Below are positions 13,817 to 27,032 of a DNA stretch of 64,000 nucleotides, piece by piece. Origin of the DNA: Octopus vulgaris (lineage: Eukaryota); the NCBI GenBank assembly GCA_951406725.2, contig OX597821.1:78430001-78494000 (forward strand). Direction: 5' to 3'. Under the pieces are notes generated by a model. The model saw only the letters and a list, made by a program, of their open reading frames with translations, was not told the origin of the DNA and did no database searches. Position 1 is the first letter of the stretch; every line of letters begins with the position of its first letter. The translations under genes were made by a program, and so were the position numbers.

Positions 13817-14330
13817 ATGGAAGAAAATAATAAAGAGTTTGAAATGTCTTATTTTGAAAGAGGATATATGCAAGCTTCTATGACGGTTTTGCTTCCTGCT
13901 TGGACGGGAGATACCCTTATCTGGTTTGCTCAATTGGAAGCAAGTTTTGCATCAAACAGAATAACAATAGAGGCACAAAAGTATAACATATTGTTAAGTA
14001 GCTTACCACCACTTCTGAGTAATGAAATTAAGGACTTATTAGTAGATCCTACTGAACCATTTTCATATTCTTCCGTAAAGGAAAAGATACTAAGAGGACT
14101 TTCAATTGAAAGTGAAAAGAATTAGCTGAACTGTTCGATGACAAACAACTAGGCGTCAGAAAACCCACTCAACTTCTTCCTGGAATGAAAGAACTTCTCG
14201 GAAATCAACAGATAGAAGAGTCTTCTCTTAAGGAAGTCTTCTTTGGCAAGTTACCTCATTGTTCTCAAACACTACTTTCAGCGGTGAAAGAGCAAAATTC
14301 TCTCAAACAATTGGCAGATATGGTAGATGG
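13817..14330 (+). pseudogene. Ty3/gypsy gag-like relic (one frameshift)
   Basis: LPAW..DTLIWFAQLEASF..NRIT.EAQKY..L, a shift near 14120, then LGVRKPTQLL..MKELLG. No pol or LTR seen. Confidence 0.65.
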
Positions 14331-14591
14331 TAGGTGTTTACATAATTTTGTCCAACACACATATATGTATATATTTCGCGTGTGTACCGTCAGCGATTTT
14401 TTTCCTCCGTCTTCCCTTCCTTGGATCTTTCCTTTTCCTATATTTCTGACAAAGAGATCCGCTCGAAAATTAAATCATCGTTCTTTATTTCCTTTCCTGA
14501 GCGTCCAATAACACTATACTTGTTCCACGTCCTCACGTTGCTGTGTTTTCTCTTTGTGTTTTCATGTTTGGATTAACTATATATCTATCTA

Positions 14592-14640
<49 letters not shown>

Positions 14641-14667
14641 ATGTGTGTGTGTAAAAAGATATATCTA

Positions 14668-14701
<34 letters not shown>

Positions 14702-14766
14702 CATATACATGTATATAAATATATATATGTGTGTATATATGCATATATATATATATATATATAATT

Positions 14767-14809
<43 letters not shown>

Positions 14810-14838
14810 CACATACATAATTATTATTATTTTTTTAG

Positions 14839-15165
14839 GAATGGCAACGTCAACTGATTTCGATTTGTTTCTCAAGTTGATGCAAACTTTCGCACTAATA
14901 TTTTACGTCACTACGAGAACTTGCAACGCAGAGTATAGAGAAAGTCATTTCAAAAGACTTACTAAATCAAAATGCATATCAGACTCAAATAGAACAACTG
15001 AGAAGACGGCATCTCGTATTCAATGTGCAATTCGCTGTTTATCATACGATGAGTGTGGATATTTCATCTATTGTAATGGCGTATGTCACATGCATCGACC
15101 GTTTTACAGCGGAGAACTTGAAGATTATGATTGCGACTGTTCATCGTATATTTTAAGAGAAAACG
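14839..15165 (+). CDS. PAN-domain gene, exon 2: signal peptide and PAN/apple-like module
   Basis: Acceptor TTTTTTTAG|GA ATG; donor AAC G|GTATTT. Hydrophobic FDLFLKLMQTFALIFYVTTRTCNA, then C...ASRIQCAIRCLSYDECGYFIYCNGVCHM (C-x3-C-x5-C-x2-F-x-Y-x4-C). Confidence 0.85.
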
Positions 15166-15421
15166 GTATTTACATCAGATTTTCTTTGTCTTTATCATTT
15201 TTGTACCATATTTTCATCAATAACTCTATTGAATGTATGCTTGTATGTAAGCGCGTATGTATGTATGTATGTATGTATGTATGTATGTATGTATGTATGT
15301 ATGTATGTATGTATGTATGTATGTATGTATGTATGTATGTATGTATGTATATATATATATATGTATGTATGTATGTACCTATTTATGTATCAATCTCTCT
15401 ATCTCTTTATCTCTCTCTCTC

Positions 15422-15464
<43 letters not shown>

Positions 15465-15471
15465 TTTTTAT

Positions 15472-15843
15472 TTGTTTCAGTCATTTGACTCTGGCCATGC
15501 TGGAGTACCGCCCTTCATCGAACAAATCGACCCCAGGACTTATTTTTAAGCCTAGTAGTTATTCTGTCGCTCTCTGTTATGGGGATGTAAACACACCAAC
15601 GTCCGTTGTCAAGTGATCGTGGGGCACAAACAGACACACAAATATACACAGACAGTCACATAAACACACACATATATATGTATATGTATATTCGACGGGC
15701 TTCATTTCGTTTCCGACTAACACATCTACTCACAAGGCTTTGGTGAGTAAAAGACACTTGCCCAAAGTTACATGCAGTGGTACTGAACACGGAACTATGT
15801 GGTTGGTAAGCAAGCTACTTACCACACAGCCACTCCTGCGCCT
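15472..15843 (-). mobile_element. tRNA-derived SINE
   Basis: Minus head GGCGCAGGAGTGGCTGTGTGGTAAGTAGC...GTTCCGTGTTCAG with A/B-box-like motifs; tail CAGCATGGCCAGAGTCAAATGACTGAAAC. Confidence 0.75.
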
Positions 15844-17499
15844 ATATATTTGTGTGCATGTTAACAAAACTTTTGGAATGAGAGGTTGACATTGAAGTTG
15901 AAATTATGCGTTCCACATTCGGTGCTATGCTCTGACTCTCTAGCTTTATATGGCTTATGGCAATTTGGATTTTGCGTGGGTGGCGCGTTTATGGTAAATT
16001 ATAATAAAGTGTATAATAGGTACGCCGGGAAGTAGATGTGTAGGAAGCAGAATAAAATAGAATATGTGAAATTAACGCACTCGAAGAATGTGGGTCAGCA
16101 GACAATATTCGTGAGATTTTCAAGCAAACAGGTTCCAGATACACGTCACGATATCTATTCTATAGACATCTGGATTTTGTTGCGTTTTAGGAATTACAAG
16201 ATAAATTTTATGGTTACTTTCCTAAAAATTAACAATCTCACAAGTATCTGAAACATTTTGGCGAAAATGCAACTCTTCGTAACAAACAGTTTTTCTTGTT
16301 GCAGTAGTAACTCATCAGATAATCTCCGGTAACCTAGATTTAGTATGTACTATTTACAAACACTATCAAAAGAAGATAAAGTATCCAGCATATGTATAGT
16401 GAAAATCCAAGCTTACTAAAATTATAATTAAAAGCCTTATAAAAAACATGTCTTCAATTCCATGTAAGGAAGCTCTTCATAATAGTGGCCTCACAAAAAT
16501 ACATTATATGGATGTCACGACTGCACCAAGCAAAAAAACATTTAATTAGAGAAAGAAATATACGTTTCGAAGGACTCTTCAGAACACAGGCCACCGCACT
16601 GATAATCAGGTTGTTGTTGGAATACTTCATAAGCACATCTACAGCAGCCCCAAGTATCACGATGTACTGAAGAGATGAATAAACCATAAGTGTGAACATA
16701 CAAATATCATACTTCACAATTAGTAACTTCGGAAAAAGATTTACCCAAATATAACAATAAAAAATCTTCGGAATGTGAAAAGCAAATCCAAACTCATAAC
16801 AGCAACAATTTCAAATATATCATCTCTTTACCGTAACATCACACTGAAATTATTTCAAAGTATCGTTATCTACAACACTGCTCTATCCATGAACAATACA
16901 ATACCAACCACATCAACGGATATAGAGGATCACCAGCAAACAAGTTCGAAACGAGATGCAACCACCACACAACTCGTTTTAGCAAACCAGATAGAAGGAA
17001 ATAGGTCTTATATGGACACTAAAGTTTAACATATCCCATTTACCATTAACTAGATTGTCTTGTTCCATATTACTACATACGGAAGAAATAACAAATCTGG
17101 CCGAATCTGTAGAGATGATGTCTACCACATATTCTTCATAATGTTTCAAATAGGTAACCGTAACTCTGAATTAGTCACTTCTAACAAAGATAAAATCCAT
17201 GATTAACCTCGGGCATCTGCCGTTTTCAAGACAAAACAAGGTTGAAATCACGTGATCCGACAGTTATATAACTGTTATATAAACACGAGTACAGTTATGC
17301 AGCAGAAATCCATATGAGAAGTCCTCTCATCATAAAAAAACCCAGTATTCTGTGATCTAACACAACAACCACTTTAACTGAAACACACATATATATATAT
17401 ATGTCACATTTTTTTCTTTCCTTGTTTTTACCCCTCTGCAAAGGAATTTTATTTAATTCCTCTGCAGGAAGGACTGATCGACGGGTCGTGTTCTGTCCT

Positions 17500-19750
17500 T
17501 ACCTTCGAAACACGCATTGAGTCGATCCAATTCCAATACTCTCAATTCCACCCATATTGAGACCGCATGGCAGCACTTTGAAAACATTGTCACCTATACA
17601 TGTTCTAAACATGCTCTTACGAAATCTACTAACACACACAGAAACCGGCTCCCTAAAAAGAAAAAAACGCTCATCAGGCGCATCAAAAGACTCAACAAAA
17701 AATCAACCAATTAAAATATTCCCACATACAACATCCACATTCAACAACAATGAAAAGGCTAGAGCTGGAAAAACTTCATCTGCAGACCGACATGAAAACC
17801 TCAAATGAAAATCAAAGAGCTGTGGAGGAACAGTGGGTAATCAAAAACATCAAACAGAACCCAAAAGTGTTCTATTCTTATGCAAATAAGCATAGAATCA
17901 CTGTTTCACCCATTGGGCCATTGATTGATGATAACAGCATTCCCCAACACGATGCTAAAGAAATGGCAGAAATACTGCAGAAACAATACTGCTCTGTCTT
18001 TAGTGTTTCCACTGATATTGACGTAAGAGAAGCGAACGGAGTTGACTCCCAACATAAAATCTCAGATATAACCTTCACTGCCACTGACATCATAGCAGCA
18101 ATAAATGAGGTCAAATACTACTCTGCTATAGGCCCTGATAGATTCCCCGCTAGTCTCCTGAAGGAATGTAGACACCAACTTGCAGTCTCTCTGACCAACC
18201 TCTGGAGAAATTCGTTAGACGCAGGTTATATACCGAAACAGTTTATATCCCAGTCAGTCATCCCGGTTTTCAAACAGGGAAACAGATTCCTCGCAGTCAA
18301 CTATCGCCCAATCCCACTCACCTCCCACATCATTAAAGTGTTTGAAAGTGTGTTAAGATCAAGGATAGCTGAATTCCTGGAGACCCACAGACTCCTAAAT
18401 GCAAATCAGCATGGCTTTCGCTGTGGCAGGGACTGCCTAACACAGCTCTTACACCCCATTGAAGATATACTCAAAGCCTTGGGAACAGGTTCGAACTCTG
18501 ATGTTATATATCTTGACTTCAGTAAAGCGTTCGACAGAGTAGACAATAATATCCTACTCTCAAAATTGGCAAATGTTGAATCCATGGAAAAGTTCTACAC
18601 TGGATTAAGTATTTCCTGGCGAATAGAACACAACATGTTGTAGTTGATGGAGTCCACTCAAGCCCAGCAAAAGTGACCAGCGGTGTTCCCTAGGGGACTG
18701 TCCTGGGTCCGCTACACTTCATAATTTACATAAACGACCTTTCCAGTGTCGTACGTTACTGCAAAGTGAAAATATTTGCTGATGACACTAAGCTCCAGCA
18801 ACTCGTCAATGAAGAAGCAGACCGAACTCAACTCCAGTCTGATCTATATGATGTGAGTCAATGAGTAGACAGTAACAAAATGCAACTGAACGAGGGAAAA
18901 TTTGAGCTGATGCATTTTGGAAGAAATTCCTCACTAAAACAACCATTACTCTCTTCCTTCAGGGGAACCGCTAACAGCCTCTAACAATATCAGAGACCTG
19001 GGTGTAATTGTTGATGACGATCTCAGTTGGAGTGCACACATTAACAATAAGGTCGATATAGCTCGTAGGATGAGTTCCTGGATATTTCCGGTCCAGAGAA
19101 CAAGGTCGTCATCATACCACTTTTCTCCTCTTTTGTACGGCCACACCTCGAATACTGCTGCCCACTGTGGTCTCCCCCACAAGACAAAACATCTCGAGGA
19201 TTGAATCACCCCAGAGGGCACTCACTAAACGGATTGAAGACATGGCTGCTCTCGATTATTGGGATTGCCTTAAAGCCTTGAAACTCTACTCTCTCCAGCG
19301 TCGCCGTGAGCGATACATCATTTGTACGATGTGGAGAATATACCGCCAACTTTGCCCAAACGAACTGAACATTAGCTTCAAGGTTCATCCAAGAATGGGA
19401 CCACGGGTCATACGTCACCTGCCCAATTCAAGATCACAGCATACATGTACACTGCAACATAATTTCTTTACCTCAACAGGCCCTGCCTATTTAACATTGT
19501 CCCGAAAGAGATCAAAGAGGAAAAGGATCCCATCAACTTTAAACGGAGTCTTGATTGATTCGTTCAAGGAATACCAGATAAGCCACCCATGATTGGATAC
19601 AACTCACCCAACAAAAACTCACTACTTGAATGGACCATAAACAAAACTTGACTTAAACAGGATTCAAATAATCCTACCAGGTGGTGCTATTAAGTTAGAC
19701 ATGGTCTGGACCAATCTTTGGTCGAAACATATCTAAGTTTATCTAAGTTT
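17500..19750 (+). mobile_element. 5'-truncated CR1-group LINE (RT; stops and frameshifts)
   Basis: NYRPIPLTS, QHGFR.GR.C.TQLL, DVIYLDFSKAFDRVD, GVP*GTVLGPL, IFADDTK, LYSLQRRRERY; 3' tail (ATCTAAGTTT)x2. Confidence 0.92.
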
Positions 19751-20276
19751 ATGTATATATATATATACATATATATATATAATATTATGATATATCATAT
19801 CAATATGTGTCATGTATGTCATCTTATTGTTATATTTCGGGATGGGGTTTTTAGCTAAATAAACACACAGTATATATATATATGCCCGCCACTTCAGTTT
19901 TATTATTTTTTCCTAGTATCCTTTGTCATGAAATATTTCTTCACATATCCTGTGACCTCTTCAGCGACCCCCATAATATTCTCAAATGGAATAAATAAAA
20001 AGTCACCCAGTACTAAATGATATTAGCAATAATAATAGCATCCTGACATTTCTTTTCACTATCGAAATCTAACAATTTGTAGGAGATACAGATTATAATA
20101 ATGTATGAGATGAATGCTGATGAAAAAATCATATTGTATTAAATAATGTTAAAATCAATCAAGTAAACTTCACAGTACTGTGTGCTATATGCCCTGTAAA
20201 ATGTTAATAAATTTCCTTAAAATTTTGTTTGTACGTTTACAGCTAAATCATTATTTGCTATTTGTTGTTCATACAG

Positions 20277-20368
20277 ATAAAAAGTGGCAGAAAGTACTTA
20301 AGATAACCAGAAATTCATTTGAAAGAAGTCCTATTTATTTATACTGGGACAGTTTGCCGATTGAAAAG
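20277..20368 (+). CDS. PAN-domain gene, exon 3 (DKKWQKVLKITRNSFERSPIYLYWDSLPIEK)
   Basis: Acceptor TTGTTGTTCATACAG|AT (phase 1); donor GAAAAG|GTAATA (phase 0). Confidence 0.85.
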
Positions 20369-21380
20369 GTAATACAATTTTGAAATTTGAAAATGCTTCT
20401 CATTTACATAACAATATGTCAATCTCTTTTGGTGTTTGATTTTTATCTTTCCCGCTCGATGTTGCAATGGTGTATTTCATTAGTACTGTTGGCATTATCC
20501 AGTTCTTCTTGCATAGCATAATTTCAGATCGGCTTCATTTCTTTTTCCTGCCTTTTAACTGACCACATAGAAGCACATTTTTTGTAAGACTTTCACGGTT
20601 GAATGATGCGTTGCGGAAAATCATGTCAGCTATTGTATTTGTTTTTGATATAAAAAGTCAATTATTACGCACATGTACACACACACATACTCATACATAC
20701 CCACACAAATACACACACACATTAACATGGTAAGATACAAACACACACACACACACCAACATATGTTCAGATTCATTCCCTCAAAGAAAACAAAGTTTTA
20801 CCATACATACAAAAAGAACAAGTCAATTAGTGGAGAGCGTTCACACGATCGTTTGATCTGCTGGAAATAACCACACGTGACACTCTACTGCCATCAAAAT
20901 TAAGGGCCTATCGGATAATATTTTCTTCTGGGAAAAGACAAACACGATGTTCTTAGCCGGAATATCTTTCATGATAGATCTACATCATTAAAGATAATTC
21001 CAGGTTTAAAAAAAAGAATCTATGAGAATGTTGAAGCTTGAATCTTTTGAAAGAGTGAAATCCTCCTCGTTATGCATGTTATTGCTTCTATTTTCTCCTT
21101 GAGTTTTAGTTTGAGACGTACTTTCGCTATTCATTGGAAAAATCTGTCATTCTATATTCTAGAATTATGCTCTGTCTTTGAGGTTCAAGATATTATCTTC
21201 ACTTCAGAATTCTCTCTTTTATAATCTTCCCTTTTTTCCCCTTGTTATTTAATTTTATTTTGCTTGAGGAGTTCCTGTTTGGCTTTTGTTTGTTAGGTTT
21301 ATGTAAATTTCGAGTTTAGGTTCGTTGTGCTCGTCATTTGTTTTGTATTGCAGGTCTTAATTCTACCTTTCTGGAGTGTA

Positions 21381-21735
21381 TTATTACGTCCGCATTAGGG
21401 AGGTATTGTTTTCACTCGCGTTTGTTTGTTTGTTGTCTGTGAACAAGTTATCTCAAGAACCACTGGATGGATTCGGATGAAACTTTTAGGGGTGTTTGGC
21501 CTTGAAACTGACATGAGCTGACTAGATTTTGGAATCCATGCGGTGCCGGATAAGGATTCTGGATTATTTGTCGTCTTTGTTTTGCTTAATTCTTGAGAGT
21601 GGCTGGGTTCATTTTTAGTATCACTGTTTCTCACACTCAAGCTTATTTCAGATATTCTCATTTTAAAAATCTCAATTGTTGAGAGGACGTTAGTGTTGCC
21701 TTTGTGGAGGTTTGCGTTCTGTGATTTTACTTGTT
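21381..21735 (+). mobile_element. Non-autonomous Helentron/DINE-1-like (HINE-type) repeat
   Basis: Start TTATTACGTCCGC..GGAGGTATTGTTTT, (GTTT)n tract, TGGATGGATT..GATGAAACTTT core, inverted subterminal GTGGAGGT near the 3' end. Confidence 0.5.
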
Positions 21736-22539
21736 AGTGATTTTACTGATGTTTGATGTTTTACATTAGTTACTCGTGTTTTCGTAAGATATTTCTTTTA
21801 AATGATTATGTAAAATTCTGATTTCTTTTAAATTTCAGAATTTATCTTCTTATGGTAGCAATTTTGTTGGTGTCTAACGATACATCTGGGCTATTTCCCT
21901 TTATAAATCTTATACGTATATTCTGTTGTATTTCTATTCTTTAGGTAGCTTGCTGCTGTGAAATAAACGTATGGTACAGAAACATTACTTCTGTGTCTAT
22001 ATATGCGTTTTCCTTTTATTTATAAAACTACTGATGTAATTTAGATGTTCAACATTGTGACTGGGTGAGGCTTTTCGTATTTCTGTTGTGGGTGCTGACT
22101 TATTCACACGTGATTTTTCTCACTTTTCGCTGCACGAAATTGATAGTCTGCATTCATCGAATTTGTTGGATGAATGAATGGTGTATTTGAATTATTTTAT
22201 AAATGATGCGATGGCTTTTATTGGGACCGTGATCCGATGAGGATATTTGCATTTTGATTTCTGTAAATATTTATAGTATATCAATTTATTTGATAGATAA
22301 TAATTTGGTAAAATTTTTAAAATCATATCTTTCACAGTTGTCTTACAGCAGTACATAATTTTTTTCTGACTTTGTTCTTGTTTTATCCGGTGTTAGATAA
22401 CTTTTAAATGCTCATAAAGCATTTATGCGTGTCAACCATCCCTTGGCGCTGTTAATCTTTTTACTATTATCATTATATTCCGATTAATTTGCTTCTCACT
22501 TCATCTTCCGTCCGAGTCTCAATCAGAGACGAAAAGCTC

Positions 22540-23310
22540 GTATATATTACATGGAGAGAAACTTCTTGAGAATGTGGGTGGTTAATGTCAACACAACATT
22601 TTGAGTCTCAGCGATTGTTGGTTTCCTAGAGATCTGGTCAGAAAATTTGTTATTAACTATCTTGAACATTCTCAAGACATTTACAATAACAGACATGTTA
22701 TTGGGTTTCAATTGCCTTGTCCTAGATATCGCAATCTCAAGGTCCTTATATTTCGACAGTTTTTCAAATTCCTTTGCTGAGATATGTTTATCAGTAGATA
22801 CTGTTATATCAATTAACTGGCATGTTTTTGCGTTATGCCTTTGATTACAATGTCTGGTCCGTTAAAATTTATCAGCCTATCTGTATGTATCCTACAATCC
22901 CATAGGATGGTAAGATTCTCTCCCTCAGTGACTGACTCTGGATGGTATTCATACTAGTTCTTATGGTGCGGTATACAGTGATGACATACGCACCAGTGCA
23001 AGTATTGGTCAACTTGATTATACCTGGTTTTGTGTTCCGTAGGGGCAAAGGCTGAGCAACCGTCAACAAAATGGTCAATACACTCGAGATTGTCTTTGTA
23101 GAGTCTGCACTTTGTATCTACCGTACTGTGTGTGAGTGACATTTTCTTGACAGTTCCGAGTGAGGAGACTCTGATGTTGTGCCGCTAGGATAAATCCTTC
23201 TCTTTTCTCAGACCAGCACTCCATAGCGACAGATGAGTTCTCCTACCTACATCAGCTTGACCAGCTTGTTCAGGGTGTCGCACATACAATGGTATTTCTT
23301 GCCAAAATTT
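22540..23310 (-). mobile_element. R4/Dong-like retroelement 3' fragment (old)
   Basis: CRLYKDNLECIDHFVDGCSAFAPTEHKTRYNQVDQYLHW: zinc knuckle and REL region. Confidence 0.8.
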
Positions 23311-23389
23311 CAATATTATTTTTAAGCTTTCTTGTTAGGCTTTCGTTTTTTTACATATCTCTGTGGTTTTGCGGATAGTAATAAGAATG

Positions 23390-23479
<90 letters not shown>

Positions 23480-23517
23480 ATAATAATAATAATAATAATA
23501 ATAACAATAATAATAAT

Positions 23518-24250
23518 CTGATGCAGTACCAGGCAGTGGCTCTCATGGCTTCTGATCTTAACTGATTGGAAGTGTTATCATGTACATTGTTTTGTCTTGG
23601 TATAAAAGATGGGCTACAGCAAATATTCTGCTCAATACCACAAATTTGCTTGTCAGTTGTTTGACCTTAACCAGTTGAGCATGTCCCTTAGTGGCTGACA
23701 ATACGTGCATCTCTGATCACGAGCAGAAGTAGTGGGGGAGCATCATGGCCATGTGTTGAGAGGGATTCTTTGGAGTTTGAATAATTCACCTCTGGAAACA
23801 TAGGTGTTTCGTTCAACATCCTAAAGCAACCCTTATTCAGGGACCTTTTGAGCAGGATGGGCTACTCAACCTGAAGAAAATTCTAACTGGGCCCCACCTG
23901 CAAGGTCATGTGCTGTTTATTTTGATATGAGATTACCATGTCGCGCACATATGGTTGTGATGCATGTACCTGGTGTACCTTTATCAGACGGGTAGTCATG
24001 ATGGGTATATTGGGCTTCGTATATTTTACCCCAGTGTCACTTTGATGGCATGAACTGCTCTCTCACTCAATAATAATAATAATAATAATGCGCTGTTAAT
24101 CTTGATATGAGATCACCATGTCACGCACATATGGTTGTAATGCATGCGCCTGGTGTACCCTTATGAGACGGGTAGTCATGATGGGTATATTGGGCTTTGT
24201 ATATTTCACCCCAGTGTCACTTTGATGGCATGCACTGCTCTCTCAATCAA
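23518..24250 (+). mobile_element. Non-coding retroposon ending in (AAT)n, with its last ~160 bp tandemly duplicated
   Basis: Unit 23518-24069 ends CTCTCTCACTC(AAT)n; 24089-24245 repeats about 23910-24066. Confidence 0.7.
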
Positions 24251-24282
24251 TGATGACGATGATGATGATGATGATGATAATA

Positions 24283-24332
<50 letters not shown>

Positions 24333-24388
24333 TATTATTATTATTATTATTACTACTGTTGTTATTATTATTATTATCATTATTATTA

Positions 24389-24456
<68 letters not shown>

Positions 24457-24459
<3 letters not shown>

Positions 24460-25280
24460 TAGTTTTATTTTTATAGCGTGCTTTCACTTCACTACCGAGC
24501 GCAGCTCTGTGTGCCTTGGGTATGTGCTGTGATTTATTGTGATGCTCTGATGGTTATTGTATGGAAAGTGTTCTGCGTAGGGTGTGTGCAGTGCCTAGTA
24601 GTGCAATTTTCTGTATGTTATATGTGTTTGTAAGTCCTAGTTTTTGTTATGTATTTGTCTGAATATTTTTTTATCATGCCTAATGCACCTACTATGATAG
24701 GAATTGTTTCTGTTTTTAGATTCCACATTCTGGTTACCTCTATTTCCAGGTCTTTGTATTTTGAGAGTTTCTCCATTTCTTTTAGAGACACGTTGTCATC
24801 AGCCGGTATTGATACATCAATTAGAAAGCATTTTTTTCTTCATGATCTTTGACAACTATATCTGGTCTGTTGGCCTTAATTTCTCTATCTGTGTGTATCG
24901 GCATATCCCAGAGTATGGTTGCTTTCTCGTTTTCTGTGACCTTTCCTGGTGTGTGCCTATACCATCTTTTTTCTGTTGTTATTCCATAATGTTGGCATAG
25001 CTTCCAATGTATGTAGGTTCCAACTCTGTCATGTCTGTGAATATATTCCTTCTTAGCCAGGACTGGGCAGCTAGAGATAATATGATTTATTGTTTCTTGT
25101 CCATCTCCACATATTCTGCAGTTACTTGTTATATTTCTTTTCATTACTTGTTTTTGGTAATTTCTGGTGGGGAGGCTTTGGTCTTGTGCTGCAATTAAAA
25201 ATCCCTCTGTTTCTGCTTTGAGTCCTGAGCTTCTCAACCATTGCTGGAATTTTTCTTTGTCTATTTCTTTTGCGTTTAGT
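24457..25280 (-). mobile_element. R4/Dong-like retroelement 3' end (young family; also at 57824-58495)
   Basis: GLKAETEGFLIAAQDQSLPTRNY..CRICGDGQETINHIISSC..RHDRV..WDMPIHTD..RPDIVV: CCHC plus PD-(D/E)xK REL endonuclease. Confidence 0.92.
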
Positions 25281-25282
25281 TA

Positions 25283-25314
<32 letters not shown>

Positions 25315-25316
<2 letters not shown>

Positions 25317-26807
25317 TTTTTTTCTTCTTTCAAATTTGCTTCCATTTCTTGCCGAGTGTCTTCCCGACTCCTAGGGCAAAGAAACTCATAGTATACATTG
25401 GTAGGCCATGAAACCAAACTCAATAGTTCGTTCATTTTTTTTTTTTTTTAAGTTATATTAAAATACATGAGCAGCAACAGTTCTTACATCGACAATGCTC
25501 TTCTCAATACGTATGATGTACCAGTTAAGACAATCTTTTGCACTTCTTGCAGGGATGGTAAGCCAGGGATCATTCTCATATAATTTTCGGTTCCCTTCTT
25601 GATCATTCCTAGTGCTCCTACGATCACTGGTATTGTAACCGCCTTGAGATGCCACATTTTCTCAATTTCAATGAGTAGGTCTTTATATTTTCTGAGCTTG
25701 TCAAACTCTTTCGCTGAGATATTATGATCACAGGGTATGTTCATGTCGATCAATAAGCAAACTTTATTGTTTTGGTCTTTCACAACAATATCTGGTTTAT
25801 TGGCCTTGATGGTTCAGTCTGTATGTACTGGAAAGTCCCACAGAATGGTTACATTTTCTCCTTCAGTTACAGCCTCAGGGTGGTGATTATACCACTTGTC
25901 GGCAGTTTTGATATTGTAATGCCGACTTATTAGCCAGTGTAGATATTGGCCAACTCTGTCATGTCTTAATTTATACTCCACTGGTGCTAAGACTTTACAT
26001 CCAGAGATTAGGTGGTCCACTGTTTCAATCATGTCGTTGCAGAATCGGCATTTTGGGTCTGCTCCATTTTTCATCACCATTGGCCTGGTAGTTCCGGGTT
26101 AATAGGCTTTGATCTTGAGCAGCCAGGATGAAACCTTCGCTCTCTGCTTTTAGCCCTGAGCTCCGTAGCCACTGATGGGTTTGCTTCTGGTCAACATCAG
26201 CTTGTTTGCTGCGGGCCACATATTTGCTGTTCAGAGGTTTCTCCTCCCACCTATCAGCCAATTGCTCGTGCGCTTTTTTCGTTGCCATTATTTTAACCTT
26301 CTTTGCAACAATAGTTGCCGTACTTCCCTCGGGTTGTTCAGTTTGGGTATCCTGCACGAGATCATTAGCAAATTCTTTGCTTTCCTTTATGATAGAATGA
26401 AGCTTCTTTCGTCTCTCGTGATTTTCCACAAGCTTTAGCATCCAGTCATTCGTTATATCGAGATATTTGGCCAGTCCAATTGTGGTTGTTTTGTAAGCTA
26501 GTTCAAATTGGATCAGGCCTCGACCTCCTTGGGCTCTGGGAAGGTAAAGGCGATCTACGTCTGCCTTTGGGTGGTGCATCCTATTACAACTCAGCAGCTT
26601 GCGTATTTTCCTATCTGTATTCTTTACTTCACTCATATTCCAGTTCAACACGTTGTAGCTATAAGTAACAACTGTAACTGCTAAGGAATTTATAGCTAAC
26701 AACTTGTTACGTGCATTAAGTTCAGATTTCAGGACTGCACGAACTCTCCTATAACATTCCTTCCTGATCTTCTCTTTCATGCTTGCATGCTGAATACCAG
26801 AGCCTTC

Positions 26808-26808
<1 letters not shown>
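25315..26808 (-). mobile_element. R4/Dong-like retroelement, 5'-truncated
   Basis: MHHPKADVDRLYLPRAQGGRGL, GLKAESEGFILAAQDQSL, CRFC..ETVDHLISGC, KYKDL..EIEKMW. Confidence 0.92.
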
Positions 26809-26871
<63 letters not shown>

Positions 26872-26890
26872 GTTATTGTTATTGTTATTG

Positions 26891-26924
<34 letters not shown>

Positions 26925-26925
26925 C

Positions 26926-26976
<51 letters not shown>

Positions 26977-27032
26977 GTTATTGTTATTGTTATTATTATT
27001 GTTATTATTATTATTATTGTTATTATTATTAT

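Noticed and set aside
16265-16322. Minus-strand CUGAUGA GUUAC...GUUAC GAAG hammerhead-like string
   Set aside because: GAAA core broken and no convincing helix I or III.
19924-19968. Minus-strand CUGAAGA GGUCAC...GUGA AGAAA motif (similar weak cases near 16565, 41407, 44290)
   Set aside because: Helix II closure and the NUH site are missing; at best heavily decayed remnants.
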